Source: an uncultured bacterium
Lineage (GTDB): Bacteria; Acidobacteriota; HRBIN11; JAKEFK01
Length of the DNA: 64,000 bases
Direction of reading: 5' to 3'
NCBI GenBank assembly: GCA_963777505.1
Contig: CAVZQN010000008.1
Coordinates: forward strand, 192,001 to 256,000
The notes beneath the pieces are model-generated. The model ran no database searches. It had not been told where the DNA came from and saw nothing but the letters and a program-made list of their open reading frames with translations. The position numbers were made by a program, and so were the translations under genes. Shown here piece by piece: positions 62,277-64,000 of the stretch. The stretch's first letter is position 1, and every line of letters begins with the position of its first letter.

Positions 62277-63074
62277 CTACGATACTCCGGAGGGCATTTT
62301 TCCGGAGAGCCGGAGATAGGTTCGTAATAGAAAATTCTGAAATGGACCATGATGCTTTTGATAATAATGAAGCTGACTTTTCCGGTATTCACGATTGACG
62401 CGTTCGGCATCTTGCGCGGAGCTTGTACCCTTGCGGTGCTGAATTAACACACCGGGAAGATAACTCACCCGTTCGCCTTGCATCGTTGCTCGTTTACATA
62501 GATCAACGTCTTCATGATATAGAAAAAACTTTTCATCAAATCCACCCAGTTTCCGAAATTCAGAAGACCGGATCATCATCGCGCATCCGCTCACATAATC
62601 AGGATGTTTCGGCGCGTGATCGTGGATCCAGGATTGCACTCGTTCAGATTTTTCAGATCGTTGCAATGATCTCTGGTTAAATTCGCCCGGTATTGAAAGA
62701 AATGGGCCGAATGAAAGCTGTAATAAACCATCAGGATAAAGCACCTGCGGACCTACAATTGCGGATTCTTTCAATGCTGCAAGAAGCGGAGTCACACAAT
62801 CTTCAACAAACTGACAATCCGGATTTACAAAGAAGAGTGCATCAGACTTTGCGTGCTGAGCACCGATATTACACGCAGCCCCAAATCCCGCATTCACGTT
62901 TTGATGAAGATACACACAATCCAGTTTTGAAGAAAGATTTTTTTCGGAGTTGTTATCAACGACAATCCATTCATACCGATCTGGCTTCAAATGTTTTTTT
63001 ATGGATTCTGCAAGCTTCATGATCTCATCCGGACCGTTGTAATAAACGGTGATAATGCTAACTTCCGGAATCAA
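62277..63074 (-). CDS. GT2 glycosyltransferase (WbbL-like)
   Basis: VVDNNS, NAGFGAACN, NPD, GGFDEKFFLYHEDVDLC. Confidence 0.92.
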   Translation of the reverse strand: MIPEVSIITVYYNGPDEIMKLAESIKKHLKPDRYEWIVVDNNSEKNLSSKLDCVYLHQNVNAGFGAACNIGAQHAKSDALFFVNPDCQFVEDCVTPLLAALKESAIVGPQVLYPDGLLQLSFGPFLSIPGEFNQRSLQRSEKSERVQSWIHDHAPKHPDYVSGCAMMIRSSEFRKLGGFDEKFFLYHEDVDLCKRATMQGERVSYLPGVLIQHRKGTSSAQDAERVNREYRKSQLHYYQKHHGPFQNFLLRTYLRLSGKMPSGVS

Positions 63075-64000
63075 GAAGATGCTCCCAATCCGATGCGATA
63101 ATCTGAGCTGTTTCTCGCCACGTTAATGATGCAGCTCTGATGCGACCGGCATCGACCAATTTCAACCGTTCATTTTCATTTTCCATGACAGTTCGTATTG
63201 CTTCTGCAACTTTTACCGGCTCCAGTAAACCTACAAAAAGAGCAGAATCTCGATAAATCGTATTCATTGCCGGAGTATCTGACAAAATCACAGGAACACC
63301 ATAGGACATTGCTTCCAATGGTGGAATTCCGAATCCTTCATATTCGGATAAATAAACAAATACATCAGCCATTCTGTAATAATCCTGAAGAAGAGAATCC
63401 GACACATATTCTAAGAGTTGAACACGATCCTGCACATTGGCCTTTTGCGCTTCATCCTGAAGATCAATCCACGGGAATGTTCTATTCTCACCAACAATAA
63501 TCAAAATGTAAGAAGGGTCGAGATGGCTCATCGCTTTGATTAAAACTGGAAGATGCCGTCGATTGAAAATGGAGCCTGCATACAAAATTACTTTGTGGTT
63601 GGATATCATTCTTACATCGCGAAGTTCGTTCCGTTTGACTGGATCCACATCGCGAACAGGAACTCCATTTGGAGCAACACGAATTTTATCAGCAGCAACT
63701 TCAAACTGCTGCATGATCTCAGCTTTCACATATTCGCAAACCGTATAGATGCGGTCAGCAGAACGGATCGAGATTGAAGTATTCATCTGTTTGTAGAGTC
63801 TTTCTTTTGCAGTAAACCAAAACGGAAAACGAAAATACGAAAGATCGTGAACTGTCAGTGTTTGAAGTCCACTGAACCTCCAGGGCAAAGTATTCGCTGG
63901 CGAAAACAGAAGATCAACTCGCCGGCGTGATAATTCACGACTCAGCGTCCATTGCTGCCATGCCACACTTGTTGATACCGTCTTTAGAACGATACATTCC
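63058..64000 (-). CDS. GT4 glycosyltransferase, 5' end outside the window
   Basis: TVHDL, YEGFGIPPLEAM. Lacks the usual N-terminus and the frame appears to run off the window edge. Confidence 0.9.
   Translation of the reverse strand, partial: ECIVLKTVSTSVAWQQWTLSRELSRRRVDLLFSPANTLPWRFSGLQTLTVHDLSYFRFPFWFTAKERLYKQMNTSISIRSADRIYTVCEYVKAEIMQQFEVAADKIRVAPNGVPVRDVDPVKRNELRDVRMISNHKVILYAGSIFNRRHLPVLIKAMSHLDPSYILIIVGENRTFPWIDLQDEAQKANVQDRVQLLEYVSDSLLQDYYRMADVFVYLSEYEGFGIPPLEAMSYGVPVILSDTPAMNTIYRDSALFVGLLEPVKVAEAIRTVMENENERLKLVDAGRIRAASLTWRETAQIIASDWEHLLDSGS

Noticed and set aside
57300-64000. Glycosyltransferase cluster as a horizontally acquired island
   Set aside because: No mobility genes or visible compositional break. 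It is a standard GT-WcaJ-ugd arrangement.

Overview
A 64-kb stretch of core-type chromosome from a diderm bacterium (lpxB, lgt, an Omp85 protein and futalosine-pathway mqnA/mqnC are present). The gene content looks Acidobacteriota-like, which is an inference. I found no rRNA, tRNA, CRISPR array, prophage or transposase. Main blocks: an RHH-like gene with a palindromic operator, a Ser/Thr kinase, sirtuin-larC and a run of hydrolase/GNAT genes (0-9 kb); an ECF sigma factor with a triple-VOC protein and a gene missed by the ORF track (9-12 kb); rimP-nusA-infB-rbfA-truB-lgt-rluD; ssb-plsC and mqnAC; an Omp85-peptidase operon divergent from a TPR-Clp/pseudo-hydrolase operon; a shell-only bacterial microcompartment (BMC) operon; glyA/rpiB/dinG/queE; two Ddl-like ATP-grasp ligases; clpB-htpX-groEL (no groES)-atypical Clp; and the end of a surface-polysaccharide cluster. 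Best lead: 9038..9995 (-) reads through an in-frame UGA (9819-9821) followed by a SECIS-like hairpin, giving an exported thioredoxin-fold selenoprotein whose active-site region aligns by eye with eukaryotic selenoprotein N. Three single-base frameshifts between 8.6 and 13.8 kb (DinB, the selenoprotein gene, lgt) look like assembly errors. All homology calls come from motif recognition, not database searches.
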